This document shows positions 12,201-22,875 of a stretch of DNA of 64,000 nucleotides, piece after piece (within the stretch, counting starts at the first letter, position 1; each line of letters opens with the position of its first letter). The notes below the pieces were generated by a model, which was not told where the DNA came from, ran no database searches, and saw nothing but the letters and a program-made list of their open reading frames with translations. Made by a program: the position numbers and the translations under genes. The stretch spans positions 1,798,001 through 1,862,000 of the forward strand of contig CAWJLW010000006.1 of NCBI GenBank assembly GCA_963843795.1. Reading direction: 5' to 3'. Source of the DNA: an uncultured bacterium. GTDB taxonomy: Bacteria; Armatimonadota; Abditibacteriia; Abditibacteriales; Abditibacteriaceae.

Positions 12201-12624
12201 CCTGCTGGGGCGCACAGGCGACCGCTTGAGTTTGCAAGGCGCCAGCGATGGTTCCAGTCGCATTCGCCTGGGCACTGTAAAAGTCAGTAATCGGGGTCAA
12301 GACATTGCTTTCGCGCCTGAAACAATCGCACCCGATAAGGGAAACGAAATTTACCAACATCGTTTGAACGCGAGTGGCAAAGTCATTGATTTCGGCGATG
12401 TGCGCACCAATGGCAGCGTTTTGGTGCAGCGCGAAGGTGACGAATGGGTTTTGCGCGCTCTGCCGCGCGACAAAGAGTTTTCTCTGCAAGTACTTGCGGC
12501 GCGCTTTGGGCGTCCAGGCAATGTTCGCTGCGTCGATGGCGCCGCGCCCACGATGACACCGCAGGCCAACGGCAATTGGTGGAGTTTAAAGCTCAACGGC
12601 GCGCGCGAATATCGCTGGAAATAA
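9267..12624 (+). CDS. Large secreted putative glycoside hydrolase (DUF5696 / GH101-GH129-like TIM barrel), frameshift near 11484
   Basis: Signal peptide; HDWQRDGYDN, LHENYVDYY, YLDVHS, FGEG. Reading continues (DQYRMQEIAFGH) in another frame after 11484. Confidence 0.55.
10243..10272 (+). repeat. In-frame 15-bp tandem duplication (CGCCCGGTGGCGCGA x2)
   Basis: Exact tandem copy encoding PGGATPGGA. Confidence 0.85.
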
Positions 12625-12686
12625 CGCCGCAACGCCACGCGGCAAGTACTTGCCGCATCAAATTCCACAATTCAGGAGAACGACTG

Positions 12687-13715
12687 ATGTCCACGCTTCC
12701 CAACCAAGTCACCGTACCGCATTTCAGCGGACAAAGTCGTATCGGCACAATCACTAAAGCGGTTCCGCAGCCCGCGAGCGGGCAACTTTTGTTGCAATGC
12801 AAAGCCAACGCGCTGTGTGGCAGCGAGCGCGGACAGTTTTATGGCGGTTCGGAGGTTACACCCGGCCACGAAGCAGCGGGTGTTGTTGTCGCAGCAGGCA
12901 ATAATACCTCGACACCAATTGGCACAGCGGGTGTGGTTTTTCTGATGGATTTTTGCGGCGAATGTCGCAATTGCCAGCAAAATTTCACCAATCAATGTTT
13001 GCACAAGCGCGCCGACATGGGCTTCAACCGCGACGGCGGTTACGGGCAATATGAGCTGGTGAACGAGAATATTTTCTTCCCCGTCGGCGATTTGCCGTTC
13101 ACCGAAGCGACACTTTTGCTCGACATCATGGGCACCGGCGGCCACGCCATCAATCGCGCGCGCTTGGTGCATAGCGACATTCAAACCATCTTAATTCCCG
13201 GCGCCGGGCCGATTGGCTTGGGCGTGCTGGCGATGGCGAAATTGCTGCTGGGCGAAAAGATAAATGTGATGATTTCCGATGTCGTGCCTTATCGTTTAAA
13301 GCTGGCCGAAGCGATGGGCGGATTGCCGGTCAATTCGCGGGAGTTGTCATTGGAAGATGGCTTGAAACATCACAATCTGCCGTTGCCGGATGTGGCAATT
13401 GATTGCGCGGGCAAAGCGAGCGTGCGCGATGAAGCGATGGCGCTTTTGGCGCATCGCGGCGTTCTGGTGAGCGTGGCGCATGGTGAAGGTTTGACGATTA
13501 ACAACTTATATAGCGATTTCGTTTTCCGCGAAATGACGCTGATTGGTAGCGAGTATTTCGCTTATCACGAACTGGAAAACAACCTTCGATTGCTGAACAA
13601 AAACCGTGCTTATTTGGCTCAAATTATTACGCACCGCTTGGGTGTCGATGAAATCCAGCACGCTTTTGAACTGTTTTTCGCGGGCGAAACCGGCAAGGTG
13701 GTCATTGAACAATGA
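12687..13715 (+). CDS. Zinc-dependent (MDR) alcohol/sugar dehydrogenase
   Basis: CGSE, GHE, CGECRNC...C, GAGPIG; AGGAG RBS upstream. Confidence 0.88.
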   Translation: MSTLPNQVTVPHFSGQSRIGTITKAVPQPASGQLLLQCKANALCGSERGQFYGGSEVTPGHEAAGVVVAAGNNTSTPIGTAGVVFLMDFCGECRNCQQNFTNQCLHKRADMGFNRDGGYGQYELVNENIFFPVGDLPFTEATLLLDIMGTGGHAINRARLVHSDIQTILIPGAGPIGLGVLAMAKLLLGEKINVMISDVVPYRLKLAEAMGGLPVNSRELSLEDGLKHHNLPLPDVAIDCAGKASVRDEAMALLAHRGVLVSVAHGEGLTINNLYSDFVFREMTLIGSEYFAYHELENNLRLLNKNRAYLAQIITHRLGVDEIQHAFELFFAGETGKVVIEQ

Positions 13716-14713
13716 AGGAAATTAATTCCGGAAGATTGAAAATTGCGCTTGTGGGCACCGGCGGTTGGGCGCGCGAACATTGCCGCATTTTATCATCGCG
13801 CCCCGATGTCGATTTCTGCGCTGTTGTAGGCCGTAACGAAGAACGCACTGCGGCGCGCGCTGCTGAATATCGCACGCGAGCTTACACCCATATTGAGGAA
13901 ATGTTGGCCGAGCAGCAGCCAGATTTGGTGTGTGTGTGTTTGCCGAATCAGCATCACTTTGAACCAACGCTGCAAGTACTTGCAGCGGGCTTTCCCGTGT
14001 TGGCCGAAAAACCATTGGTTTTTGAAATGGCTCAAGCCGATGCGCTTTTGCAAGAAGCGAAAGAACGCGATTTGTTTTTCGCCATCAATTTCAATCATCG
14101 CTACGCCAAACCCTTGCAAATGGCGAAAGAAAAAATCGACAGTGGACAAGTCGGCGACATCATTTTTGCAACGTGGCGTTTTGGTGGCGAAGGTTCGAGC
14201 GATCATCCGCACGCGAATCTAATCGAAACTCAGTGCCACGCTTTCGACCAGTTAGAATGGCTGTGTGGCCCGATTGATTCACTCATGGCCGAAATGACAG
14301 AAAAAACCGGCAAGGGCTTTTCCACGCTGGTATTGAGTTTAAAATTTCAAAGCGGCGCAGTGGGAAGTTTGGTAGGCAGTTACGATTCAAGCTACGCTTA
14401 TCGCGACACGATGCGACTGGAAATCAACGGCACGCGCGGGCGCGCTTTAATTGAGGATACGGTGCGGCGTTTTGAATTTCAAAAGTCAGGCGACGAAACC
14501 GCGCAAGTGTGGGAAGCCGGATATTTCAACGATTTAGACCGCGAATTTCACCGCACGTTCGACCGCCACATGGACGAAATCTTGGCCGCGTTTCGTAGAG
14601 GCAACGCGCCGCCGATTGACGCGAGATGGGGAAAACGCGCTCTGCAACTGGCTCTGGCAGCGATAAAATCTTACGAGACAGGACAGCGCGTTATGACACC
14701 GACAAGTTCGTAA
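13712..14713 (+). CDS. Gfo/Idh/MocA oxidoreductase
   Basis: GTGGWA, EKP, NFNHRY; ATGA overlap with the upstream gene. Confidence 0.88.
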   Translation: MKEINSGRLKIALVGTGGWAREHCRILSSRPDVDFCAVVGRNEERTAARAAEYRTRAYTHIEEMLAEQQPDLVCVCLPNQHHFEPTLQVLAAGFPVLAEKPLVFEMAQADALLQEAKERDLFFAINFNHRYAKPLQMAKEKIDSGQVGDIIFATWRFGGEGSSDHPHANLIETQCHAFDQLEWLCGPIDSLMAEMTEKTGKGFSTLVLSLKFQSGAVGSLVGSYDSSYAYRDTMRLEINGTRGRALIEDTVRRFEFQKSGDETAQVWEAGYFNDLDREFHRTFDRHMDEILAAFRRGNAPPIDARWGKRALQLALAAIKSYETGQRVMTPTSS

Positions 14714-15019
14714 TTTCGCTTTAGATATGCACTGTAAGTACTTGCCGCCCGCGTATGGAGATTAGCAGTATTAATAGCAACGTTTGCTTTTTCGCAATCT
14801 TCGCTATGAGTTGCATTTTCCGTTTGCGCATGGCAGTGCAGCAAGCCTGGTGGGACGGCTTGATTCATGAAATGATAACCAGCAGCGCCGTTTTTTAGCC
14901 CCTTATCCTGATGCCATCTTGCAAAAGAGTATCAAAGGTTCTGTCGCGCGCATTGCTGCCGCTATGGTCGGATGGAATTATGAAATGGCGCGTAGATGAC
15001 ACTGAATAACGGATTGATT

Positions 15020-17464
15020 ATGAATTTTTACCGTCACTCCGCCGTGTGTGCGTTATGGATGGCGTGCGGAATCTGGCTATCGAGCCACGGCGCGCTGGCG
15101 CGAGATACGTGGATTACCGTCGATGCCACCAAAATAGAAAACCGCGTTTCGCCCTTGATTTACGGTTCGTGTATTGAAGACGTGAACCACGAAATCTACG
15201 GCGGTTTATACGATCAGAAAATTTTCGGTGAATCTTTTGAAGAACCGGCGCACGGCGCGGCTTTTCAAAATTGGAACACTTGGGGCGGCGATTGGAAACC
15301 AATCGGTGAGGGCATTGAAGTAGGCGCAAGTCCGGGCGCGAAACTGGTGAGCAAAATGCCCGTATTCGGCGATGGCAGTGTGGAAACGGAGGTAAAATTT
15401 CCGCGCGGTGAAGGCGGAAATGCCGGCTTGCTACTACGCGTAAATAGCGCGGGCGAGGGCGCGGACAATTTCGATGGCTACGAAATCAGCCTGCAACCGA
15501 ACGGGCGCGTGATCTTGGGAAAACATCGCCACAACTGGCAGCCATTGCGCGATGTCGAGGTTGGTTTCACACCAACCCAATGGACACGTTTGCGCGTTCA
15601 ACTCGACGGCGCGCGCCTGCGCGTTTTCGTGGGCGACAGCACGACACCGCAGATTGATTTCAAAGATATCGATGCCCCATTTTCGACTGGAACTTTCGCG
15701 CTACGCACCTGGAATTCAGACGCGCAGTTCCAAAACGTGCGCGTGACGCGCGGCTCGATCTCCACAACAAATCGTTTCGTCGTGACCAATCCACAGCGAA
15801 AAGTCAGCAAAATGTGGGACGCAATTCAAGACGGCGCAACCGACAGCAATTTCGACCTGGACAATCAAAACGCGTATAACGGTGCGCAGGCGCAAAGGCT
15901 GCGACACGGAGCAAAAGCCGGCACAATTGGCATCACCAATCGCGGCCTGAATCGCTGGGGCATCGCAGTCGAACAAGGGCAAAAATTGGGAGGACGTTTG
16001 TATTTACGCGGTCAAGATTTGCGTGGTGCGGCTACACTCGCTCTACAAAGCGCCGATGGCCAAACTGTTTACGCCACGCAAACCGTGCGCAATATCGGGA
16101 ATAGCTGGACGAAAATTCCCATCACGCTAACACCCAGAGCAACCGATAAGAACGCTCGTTTCGCAATTATATTAGATAAGCCCGGCACGCTGTGGATCGA
16201 TCAGGTGGTTTTGGGAGGAACCGGTACGGCGCAATTCGAAGGTATGCCGATTCGCGCTGATATCGCCCGAATGATGCAGGCCCAGGGTTTAAGGTTTTTG
16301 CGTTATGGGGGCACCATGGTAAACGCGCCGGAATATCGCTGGAAGAACATGGTTGGCGATCCCGACAAGCGTCCGCCCTATCGGGGCCACTGGTATCCAT
16401 ATTCGACCAATGGTTTCGGCATCGAAGAATTTCTGCGCTTTTGCGAAGCCGCTAAATTCGATGCTGCTTTCGCCATCAACATCGAAGAAACGCCAGAGGA
16501 CATCGCTGCTATGGTCGAGTATTTAAATGGCGCTGCCAGTACTTCTCAGGGAAAGCGTCGCGCGCAAAACGGTCATCCCAATCCTTATAAAGTTCGCTGG
16601 ATTGAAATTGGGAACGAAGAAGTCATTGGCAGCGACAACGCAGAAGAATACGATCATTACATCGAACGTTTCAATTTACTGGCAGATGCAATTCGTTCCA
16701 AAGACCCAACGATTCAATTGGTCTGTTCAGCGTGGTGGCGACCGGAATCGGTCAATGTAGAACGCGTTTTTAAAGCCTTGAACAGCCAAGCCGATTTCTG
16801 GGATTTGCATGTCTGGTCGGATGATGCCAATGCGGGCACAACGGTTGATCGCGATTTGACGCAGATGAAAGATTTGTTCGAGAAATGGGCGCCCAACACA
16901 AAAATGAAATGCGTGATTTTTGAAGAAAACGGCAATTTACACAACCAACAGCGCGCTCTGGGTCACGCTACAACTTTGAATGCCGTCCGTCGTCACGGGG
17001 ATTTTGTGCCGGTTTCGTGTCCGGCCAACGCGCTACAGCCGCTGAATCAAAACGATAACGGCTGGGATCAAGGCCAAATTTTCTTTACGCCCGACCAAGT
17101 CTGGGGCATGCCGCCATTTTACGCGCAACAGATGGAATCCGAAAATTTTTTGCCTTTGCGCGTGTCAAGTGCGTGCAGCGGTGCTTTGGATGTCACGGCA
17201 ACGCGCAGCAAAAACGGCAAAGTCTTGGTACTTCACGTCGTGAATACAAGTGAAAATGCGCTGGAAACTCAACTGCAAATCGACGGTTTCATTATTGGCA
17301 AAACCGCAAAAGTCACGCAGTTAGCCGCACCGCTCACAGCTATCAATACGCCTCAAAATCCCGCGCAAGTGCAATCGCAAACCAGCGTTTGGCCTTTGGA
17401 GAAAACCGGCGTCTTGACCTTCCCGTTCGCGCCTCATTCCTCGACGATTCTCCGTTTTGGATAA
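15020..17464 (+). CDS. GH51 alpha-L-arabinofuranosidase with an inserted DUF1080-like beta-sandwich domain
   Basis: Signal peptide; GSCIEDVNHEIYGGLY, LRYGG, YRWKNMVG, IEIGNEE, arabinofuranosidase-type C-terminus. Confidence 0.8.
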   Translation: MNFYRHSAVCALWMACGIWLSSHGALARDTWITVDATKIENRVSPLIYGSCIEDVNHEIYGGLYDQKIFGESFEEPAHGAAFQNWNTWGGDWKPIGEGIEVGASPGAKLVSKMPVFGDGSVETEVKFPRGEGGNAGLLLRVNSAGEGADNFDGYEISLQPNGRVILGKHRHNWQPLRDVEVGFTPTQWTRLRVQLDGARLRVFVGDSTTPQIDFKDIDAPFSTGTFALRTWNSDAQFQNVRVTRGSISTTNRFVVTNPQRKVSKMWDAIQDGATDSNFDLDNQNAYNGAQAQRLRHGAKAGTIGITNRGLNRWGIAVEQGQKLGGRLYLRGQDLRGAATLALQSADGQTVYATQTVRNIGNSWTKIPITLTPRATDKNARFAIILDKPGTLWIDQVVLGGTGTAQFEGMPIRADIARMMQAQGLRFLRYGGTMVNAPEYRWKNMVGDPDKRPPYRGHWYPYSTNGFGIEEFLRFCEAAKFDAAFAINIEETPEDIAAMVEYLNGAASTSQGKRRAQNGHPNPYKVRWIEIGNEEVIGSDNAEEYDHYIERFNLLADAIRSKDPTIQLVCSAWWRPESVNVERVFKALNSQADFWDLHVWSDDANAGTTVDRDLTQMKDLFEKWAPNTKMKCVIFEENGNLHNQQRALGHATTLNAVRRHGDFVPVSCPANALQPLNQNDNGWDQGQIFFTPDQVWGMPPFYAQQMESENFLPLRVSSACSGALDVTATRSKNGKVLVLHVVNTSENALETQLQIDGFIIGKTAKVTQLAAPLTAINTPQNPAQVQSQTSVWPLEKTGVLTFPFAPHSSTILRFG

Positions 17465-17593
17465 CGCGAAAAGCGCACAAACTTGTGAGCTGTTGCCTTT
17501 GCAGCGAAACTGTTTATCACAACGGATGACCAAATTTCGTGCTCTGCATAACGCGTGCAGCAAGTACTTGCGGAGCATTGACCCGAGACGATT

Positions 17594-18547
17594 ATGAACA
17601 TTTCTTCCTGCTGCGCGCCCAGCGCGCAACGCACAAGCACAGAATCTTCGGAACCGATTTTACCAACGGGTAAAACACCGGATTTATCGGGTATGAAACG
17701 TTTGCCAGGCGGAAAGTTTTGGATGGGAAATATGGACGAACAGGCGCGACCCGAAGATGGCGAAGGGCCGGTGCGCGAAGTTTTTGTATCGGCATTTGCC
17801 ATCGATATTTGCGCCGTTACTAACACACAATTCGAGCAATTTGTGCGGGAAACCGGCTATATCAGCGAAGCGGAAAAGTTCGGTTGGAGCTATGTTTTCC
17901 ATCGCCATCTCACGCCCGCTGCCAAAGACGCGGCGCGCGGGGTGGCCGATGGAACTCAATGGTGGATTGGCGTTGATGGCGCGAGTTGGCGTCATCCTGA
18001 AGGACCAGGGTCAAATCTGAGAAAGCGCGAGCAGCATCCCGTGGTTCACGTTTCGTGGCACGATGCGCAGGCTTTTTGCGCGTGGAGCGGAAAGCGCTTG
18101 CCAACCGAAGCCGAATGGGAGTATGCAGCGCGCGGCGGGCTGGAAAAGAAGCGTTATCCTTGGGGAGACGAATTGATGCCGCGCGGTAAGAAAGGTCAAC
18201 CCGAACATCGTTGCAATATCTGGCAGGGCAAATTTCCAGTCCTTGATACCGGAGCCGATGGTTTTACCAATACCGCGCCGGTGAAAAATTTCACACCCAA
18301 CGGTTTTGGTTTGTATCAAACCAGCGGCAATGCATGGGAATGGTGCAGCGATTGGTGGTCGATTGTGCATCCCGACCGCGATAATCCCCAGGGGCCGAAA
18401 AACGGTGAACAAAAAGTGATTCGCGGCGGCTCGTTTTTGTGTCACATTTCTTACTGCAATCGATATCGCGTGGCCGCGCGCACCTGCAACACGCCCGATA
18501 GTACAACCGCGCACTGCGGCTTTCGCTGCGTGTGCGATGTCGAGTGA
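17594..18547 (+). CDS. Formylglycine-generating enzyme (SUMF1/FGE)
   Basis: RLPTEAEWEYAARGG, GNAWEW, catalytic RGGSFLCHISYCNRYRVAAR. Confidence 0.92.
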   Translation: MNISSCCAPSAQRTSTESSEPILPTGKTPDLSGMKRLPGGKFWMGNMDEQARPEDGEGPVREVFVSAFAIDICAVTNTQFEQFVRETGYISEAEKFGWSYVFHRHLTPAAKDAARGVADGTQWWIGVDGASWRHPEGPGSNLRKREQHPVVHVSWHDAQAFCAWSGKRLPTEAEWEYAARGGLEKKRYPWGDELMPRGKKGQPEHRCNIWQGKFPVLDTGADGFTNTAPVKNFTPNGFGLYQTSGNAWEWCSDWWSIVHPDRDNPQGPKNGEQKVIRGGSFLCHISYCNRYRVAARTCNTPDSTTAHCGFRCVCDVE

Positions 18548-18559
18548 AGATGAGCAAAG

Positions 18560-18595
18560 AAAAATGACGCTGCAAGTACTTGCAGCGTCATTTTT
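18560..18595. terminator. 36-bp perfect palindrome on the repeat core with A/T tracts; likely bidirectional terminator
   Basis: AAAAATGACGCTGCAAGT|ACTTGCAGCGTCATTTTT between convergent genes. Confidence 0.75.
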
Positions 18596-19322
18596 ACGGA
18601 CACGCGCTTCGATCAAGCGTCGGCCCAGTGCCGCCAGTGATATAACCATCAGCGTAAATTTTTTCTGGCCGATACCATTTGATGTGGCCATCTAAAAATG
18701 CCAGATTGCTGCCTCCCAAATGGCGTGTAGAGAACGAATTTCCAGCAAACAGGGCGAAATACCCGTCGTCGGTCGAAGTGTTGGCGACGCTGTTGCCCGC
18801 CGCTTCTTCGCCCATTAGCATCCAACGTGAAGTGTCTTCAAAAGCCGCCAGTGATTTGCCCGTTTTGCCGCCATTGGTTTCTTTGTTCGCCGCATTGACA
18901 CAGCCATTCATTGCATACGAATTGCCCGAACGGCTTGAAGCGCTGCCATCAGACGGACAAACCCAGATTTGCACGCTTTTCAGATAAGGCTGCATTGAAC
19001 TTTGCGCCATCGCAAAAATGACGGTATTCGAGCCAAAGTTATTATACGGATTCCACACACCACTGATGCCATTGCTGATATTGCCATCACCGCCGTCGGC
19101 AGAAGTTGGCAATCGCTCGTCGTAATCTTGCGTATATTGAATAATGCCAAGCGTGATCTGCTTTAAGTTCGATTGACACGCGGCGCGGCGCGCGTTTTCC
19201 CTCGCGCGCGCAAACACGGGAAACAAAATCGCCGCGAGAATCGCGATTATCGCTATCACGACTAAAAGTTCGATGAGCGTGAAGCCTTGCAAGTACTTGC
19301 GGCGCCCGTGGGAAGTTTTCAT
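18594..19322 (-). CDS. Prepilin-type N-terminal cleavage / H-X9-DG (DUF1559) protein
   Basis: [44 protein letters not shown] ... [14 protein letters not shown]. Confidence 0.92.
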   Translation of the reverse strand: MKTSHGRRKYLQGFTLIELLVVIAIIAILAAILFPVFARARENARRAACQSNLKQITLGIIQYTQDYDERLPTSADGGDGNISNGISGVWNPYNNFGSNTVIFAMAQSSMQPYLKSVQIWVCPSDGSASSRSGNSYAMNGCVNAANKETNGGKTGKSLAAFEDTSRWMLMGEEAAGNSVANTSTDDGYFALFAGNSFSTRHLGGSNLAFLDGHIKWYRPEKIYADGYITGGTGPTLDRSACP

Positions 19323-19364
19323 TCTACACAATAAAGACACCGCATCAGTTCAAACGGTGCGTTA

Positions 19365-20870
19365 TTATGGCATTTTCGCTACGATATGACCATCGACCGA
19401 AGGCGAGGCCACTGGCTTGCCCAAACCGAGTTTGCTCCACATCGCATCGACTTTTTCAACCGTTGCGCGATCCATTTTCACCACGTCCGGCCATTCGCGC
19501 GTATGGCCTTCGCTAGCCCATTTTGTAGTCGCGTCAATGCCCATTTTCGAGCCGAAACCGACCATTGGCGACGCGTGATTCAAGCTATCGACCGGACCTT
19601 TCACAATTTGCACATCGCGCATCGGATCGATATTATTGGTCACGCGCCATAACACTTCGCTCAAGTTGTGGACATCTACATCTTCATCAACTACGATAAT
19701 CACTTTCGAGAACATTAGCTGCCCCAAACCCCACAGCGCGTGCATAGTTTTGTAAGCGTGATTCGGATAGCGTTTTTTGATGGAAACGATGGCGCAGTTG
19801 TGAAAACACGCTTCGACCGGCAGGTTCATATCGACCAGTTCGGGTACTTGCATTTTAATCAAGGGCTTGAAAATTGTGCCGACCGCGCCGCCGAGCCAGC
19901 CGTCTTCCATCGGTGGAATTCCGACAATTGTCGCCGGATAAACTGGCTTGTTGCGGTGCGTGATGCAACGCACATGAAAAACCGGATAATCTTCGATAGG
20001 CGTGTAATAGCCGGTGTGATCGCCGAACGGGCCTTCTGGGCGCGTGTCACCAGGCATCAGAATTCCCTCAATGACGTATTCGCAATCGGCGGGCACTTCG
20101 ATGTCGATGGTTTCGCAGCGCACGGTTTCGACCGGCTTGCCGCGCAGAAAACCCGCGAACATCATTTCGTCGATTTCTTCAGGCAACGGAGCAATGGCAC
20201 AAAAGGGCAAACACGGATCACCGCCCAAACAAACCGCAGCTTCAATCGGCTGGTTTTTTTCGGTCGCCATGCGCTGATGCGCTGCGCCGACTTTATGCAT
20301 TTGCCAGTGCATTCCGGTCGTATTTTTGTCGTAAATCTGCACGCGATACATTCCGACATTACGCTTGCCGCTGTTAGGATTGTGCGTAAAAACCATCGGC
20401 AGCGTGATGAACGGGCCGCCATCATCGGGCCAGCACGTTAAAACCGGAAGTTTCGATAAATCAATATCGTCGCCGAAAATTTTGTTTTCTTTGCAAGGCG
20501 CGGTTTCGGCATCTTTCAAGGTTTTGGTGCCCAAACTCATCGCTGTTGGCAGTAATTTCAAGCCGGTTTGCATTTTTCCCAATAAACCTTGGGGCGGCAC
20601 GGTTTGCAGCAAGTCGGCGATGCGCGCGGCAATGTTTTCGGGCGCGTCGTGCAGCGCGTGCGCCATGCGCTTATCGGAACCGTAAAGGCCAATCGCGACC
20701 GGAACAGTGGGCGTTTCGATCACGTTTTCAAAAAGCAGCGCGGGGCCACCAGTTTTCACCATGCGGTCGGCAATTTCGGTGATTTCGAGATGCGTAGAAA
20801 CCGGATGTTTGATGCGAATGAGGTCTTGATCTTTTTCAAGTTGACGGATGAAAGTTCTTAAATCGGACAT
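19365..20870 (-). CDS. ubiD: UbiD-family decarboxylase (menaquinone-biosynthesis type)
   Basis: WPDDGGPFIT, RNVGMYR, MHWQMHK, EGPFGDHTGYY, GSKMGIDAT. Confidence 0.88.
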   Translation of the reverse strand: MSDLRTFIRQLEKDQDLIRIKHPVSTHLEITEIADRMVKTGGPALLFENVIETPTVPVAIGLYGSDKRMAHALHDAPENIAARIADLLQTVPPQGLLGKMQTGLKLLPTAMSLGTKTLKDAETAPCKENKIFGDDIDLSKLPVLTCWPDDGGPFITLPMVFTHNPNSGKRNVGMYRVQIYDKNTTGMHWQMHKVGAAHQRMATEKNQPIEAAVCLGGDPCLPFCAIAPLPEEIDEMMFAGFLRGKPVETVRCETIDIEVPADCEYVIEGILMPGDTRPEGPFGDHTGYYTPIEDYPVFHVRCITHRNKPVYPATIVGIPPMEDGWLGGAVGTIFKPLIKMQVPELVDMNLPVEACFHNCAIVSIKKRYPNHAYKTMHALWGLGQLMFSKVIIVVDEDVDVHNLSEVLWRVTNNIDPMRDVQIVKGPVDSLNHASPMVGFGSKMGIDATTKWASEGHTREWPDVVKMDRATVEKVDAMWSKLGLGKPVASPSVDGHIVAKMP

Positions 20871-20925
20871 AGAAATTGGAAGAAATGAGCGCTGCAAGTA
20901 CTTGCAACACATTGTTTGTGCGGCG

Positions 20926-22509
20926 TTAATTGGCATTCTGCCAGATGGTGACCGGCGAAGAAAGTGTGAAAGGCAACTCTATACCCAACGCTTTGGAATT
21001 AGCTTCGGCGTCAGCGCTTTGAATGGTAATTTCGCCGAAGGCCGCCACATATTTTTGAGCTTTTAAATTCGCGGGCACTTCTTTCAAGCGCCAACTATAA
21101 TCGCTGGTTTGCGCTTTGGAAGCCGATGGTTTTAACTCGACGCTTTGCCATTTCGATTGCCGGAAATCGCGCGTCGCGCTGCTCGCCAACCACGCGCGCG
21201 CCGACTGAACTTTCATGTCATCGCTTGCAAGTACTTGCAGATGCCAAGTTGAATTTGCGGTTGCGTCCGCGACTTCGCCGGCTTTAGTGTTAAGCGCTAT
21301 GCCCTGCTCGCTTTGCAATTCAGCTTTAAGCTGTGGCAGCGCTTGGTTTTTGGCCAACGCACGAAACCAGGCGACCGAAATACCGACTACGCGCGCTTCG
21401 TTGCCTTCCAACATGTGACCGGCATTGGGCGCGGTGAAAATGTTAGTCGTGCCCGGCAGCGCAGTGCGATACAAATTAAAAGCATCGACTGGCCAATACG
21501 GATCGTTGGCCCCGGTGATAATTAATTTCGGCATGGTGAAACGCTCGCGATAAACGAACGGATCGACAATGCCAATTAAATCGCGTCCGCGTGGTGTGCC
21601 CACCAAATCAGGCAGGCCGCGCTTGGCGTAATCGTCGATTTGGGCCGAATAACGGCCCCACGCCGCCAGTTGATGCGGCATCTGCTGCGCCAGATTCAAA
21701 TTGTCATATACAATCGGAATAATTCCGACAACGCTCGCCTGCGGAGTTAAGGCGGAATTTTCAGCATCCGCGTTCTGGTTTTCAGAGCGCGCGACGTTTT
21801 GCGTGTTAAGCGCGGCGGCAGCGAGCCACGTTGTCCAACCGCGTTTAGATGCGCCGGACAACACCCATTTATCGATAACGTGCTCTTCGGGATTTTTCTT
21901 TTGTTGCGCCTGCGACCATTCACCAACCGCGCGCACAACCTGAGTAACGCTTTTGGTCATCGGCAGCAGAAGTGGCCAGGTCGCGTCTGGCGGATTGCCT
22001 TGAATATATTGAGCGAAGGTGTAAGCGATCAAATCATCTTCGCGACGCTCGAAAATAGGTTGGTTGGGCACATCCCACAGATAAACCACCGTCGCTTTCA
22101 TCGCATTGGCGGCGAGTTGTCCGAAAAAGCGCTCGCCGTCAGTGCCGCCGCCATACGAAATCATTAACAGCGCGCGGTCGGGAAATTCGTTTTCCTGTGG
22201 CGCGATAATATCAACGCGATGTTTCCATGTCGTGTTGTGCCATTGCTGCGAAGTGAGTTCAAGCGTCGTGACCGCGCCTTTGCGTGCGATTTCGCGCCAT
22301 GCAAAAACTGTTTCAGGGCGCGCGATATAATCATCCAAAGCTGTGCGAGGCAACTTTGCGGACGCTGTTACAGCTAATGCAGCGGCAGTCGTAGCATCAT
22401 CGCTCACGCCGCCGCGCGAAGGTGCGGCATTGCAACCGCTCAAAAAAGTTCCACTACCCAAAAAAGTGATAGCAAAAACAGTGTTTAAAATGTAGTAAGG
22501 ACGTATCAT
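20926..22509 (-). CDS. PqaA (PhoPQ-activated pathogenicity-related) family protein, probable lipoprotein
   Basis: LSGC lipobox; VPNQP, EDDLIAYT, LPMTKS, GASKRGWTTW, DPF.Y. Confidence 0.85.
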   Translation of the reverse strand: MIRPYYILNTVFAITFLGSGTFLSGCNAAPSRGGVSDDATTAAALAVTASAKLPRTALDDYIARPETVFAWREIARKGAVTTLELTSQQWHNTTWKHRVDIIAPQENEFPDRALLMISYGGGTDGERFFGQLAANAMKATVVYLWDVPNQPIFERREDDLIAYTFAQYIQGNPPDATWPLLLPMTKSVTQVVRAVGEWSQAQQKKNPEEHVIDKWVLSGASKRGWTTWLAAAALNTQNVARSENQNADAENSALTPQASVVGIIPIVYDNLNLAQQMPHQLAAWGRYSAQIDDYAKRGLPDLVGTPRGRDLIGIVDPFVYRERFTMPKLIITGANDPYWPVDAFNLYRTALPGTTNIFTAPNAGHMLEGNEARVVGISVAWFRALAKNQALPQLKAELQSEQGIALNTKAGEVADATANSTWHLQVLASDDMKVQSARAWLASSATRDFRQSKWQSVELKPSASKAQTSDYSWRLKEVPANLKAQKYVAAFGEITIQSADAEANSKALGIELPFTLSSPVTIWQNAN

Positions 22510-22875
22510 AAGGAAAAACTATTACAAATAGTGGCAAGTAAAAAGAGAAGCACCTTTTCAACAACGAGAAAAGCTGTTCATCGTTGCCTGAGTTCACGGC
22601 GAAAACTCTTTCAAACCATAATGACTTTATTGAGTCGTGAACTTTGCTTGGTGACGATTTTCAGAAGCAAAAATTGAATAGCGCAGTTCAGATTTGATGC
22701 TTTGTGCAGGCAAGTTTGGTTCCCAGTTTGATGCCAATTCAGAACGGCCAACTGACGTATACATAGATAAAACTCCAGATTATGGAGCCACATTCGAAAG
22801 CGTGCTCGAAGCGGGCGAATTCGCATTGGCCACTGCAAAACTCATCCAATTCAGCCCTGATTGATTCCATTTCCT

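Noticed and set aside
20871..20936. N-terminal ORF extensions containing CKYLQ / LQVLA / ASTC (also at 24553, 34859, 36831, 56911, 60386)
   Set aside because: These are longest-ORF artefacts reading through intergenic palindromes. Better starts lie downstream.
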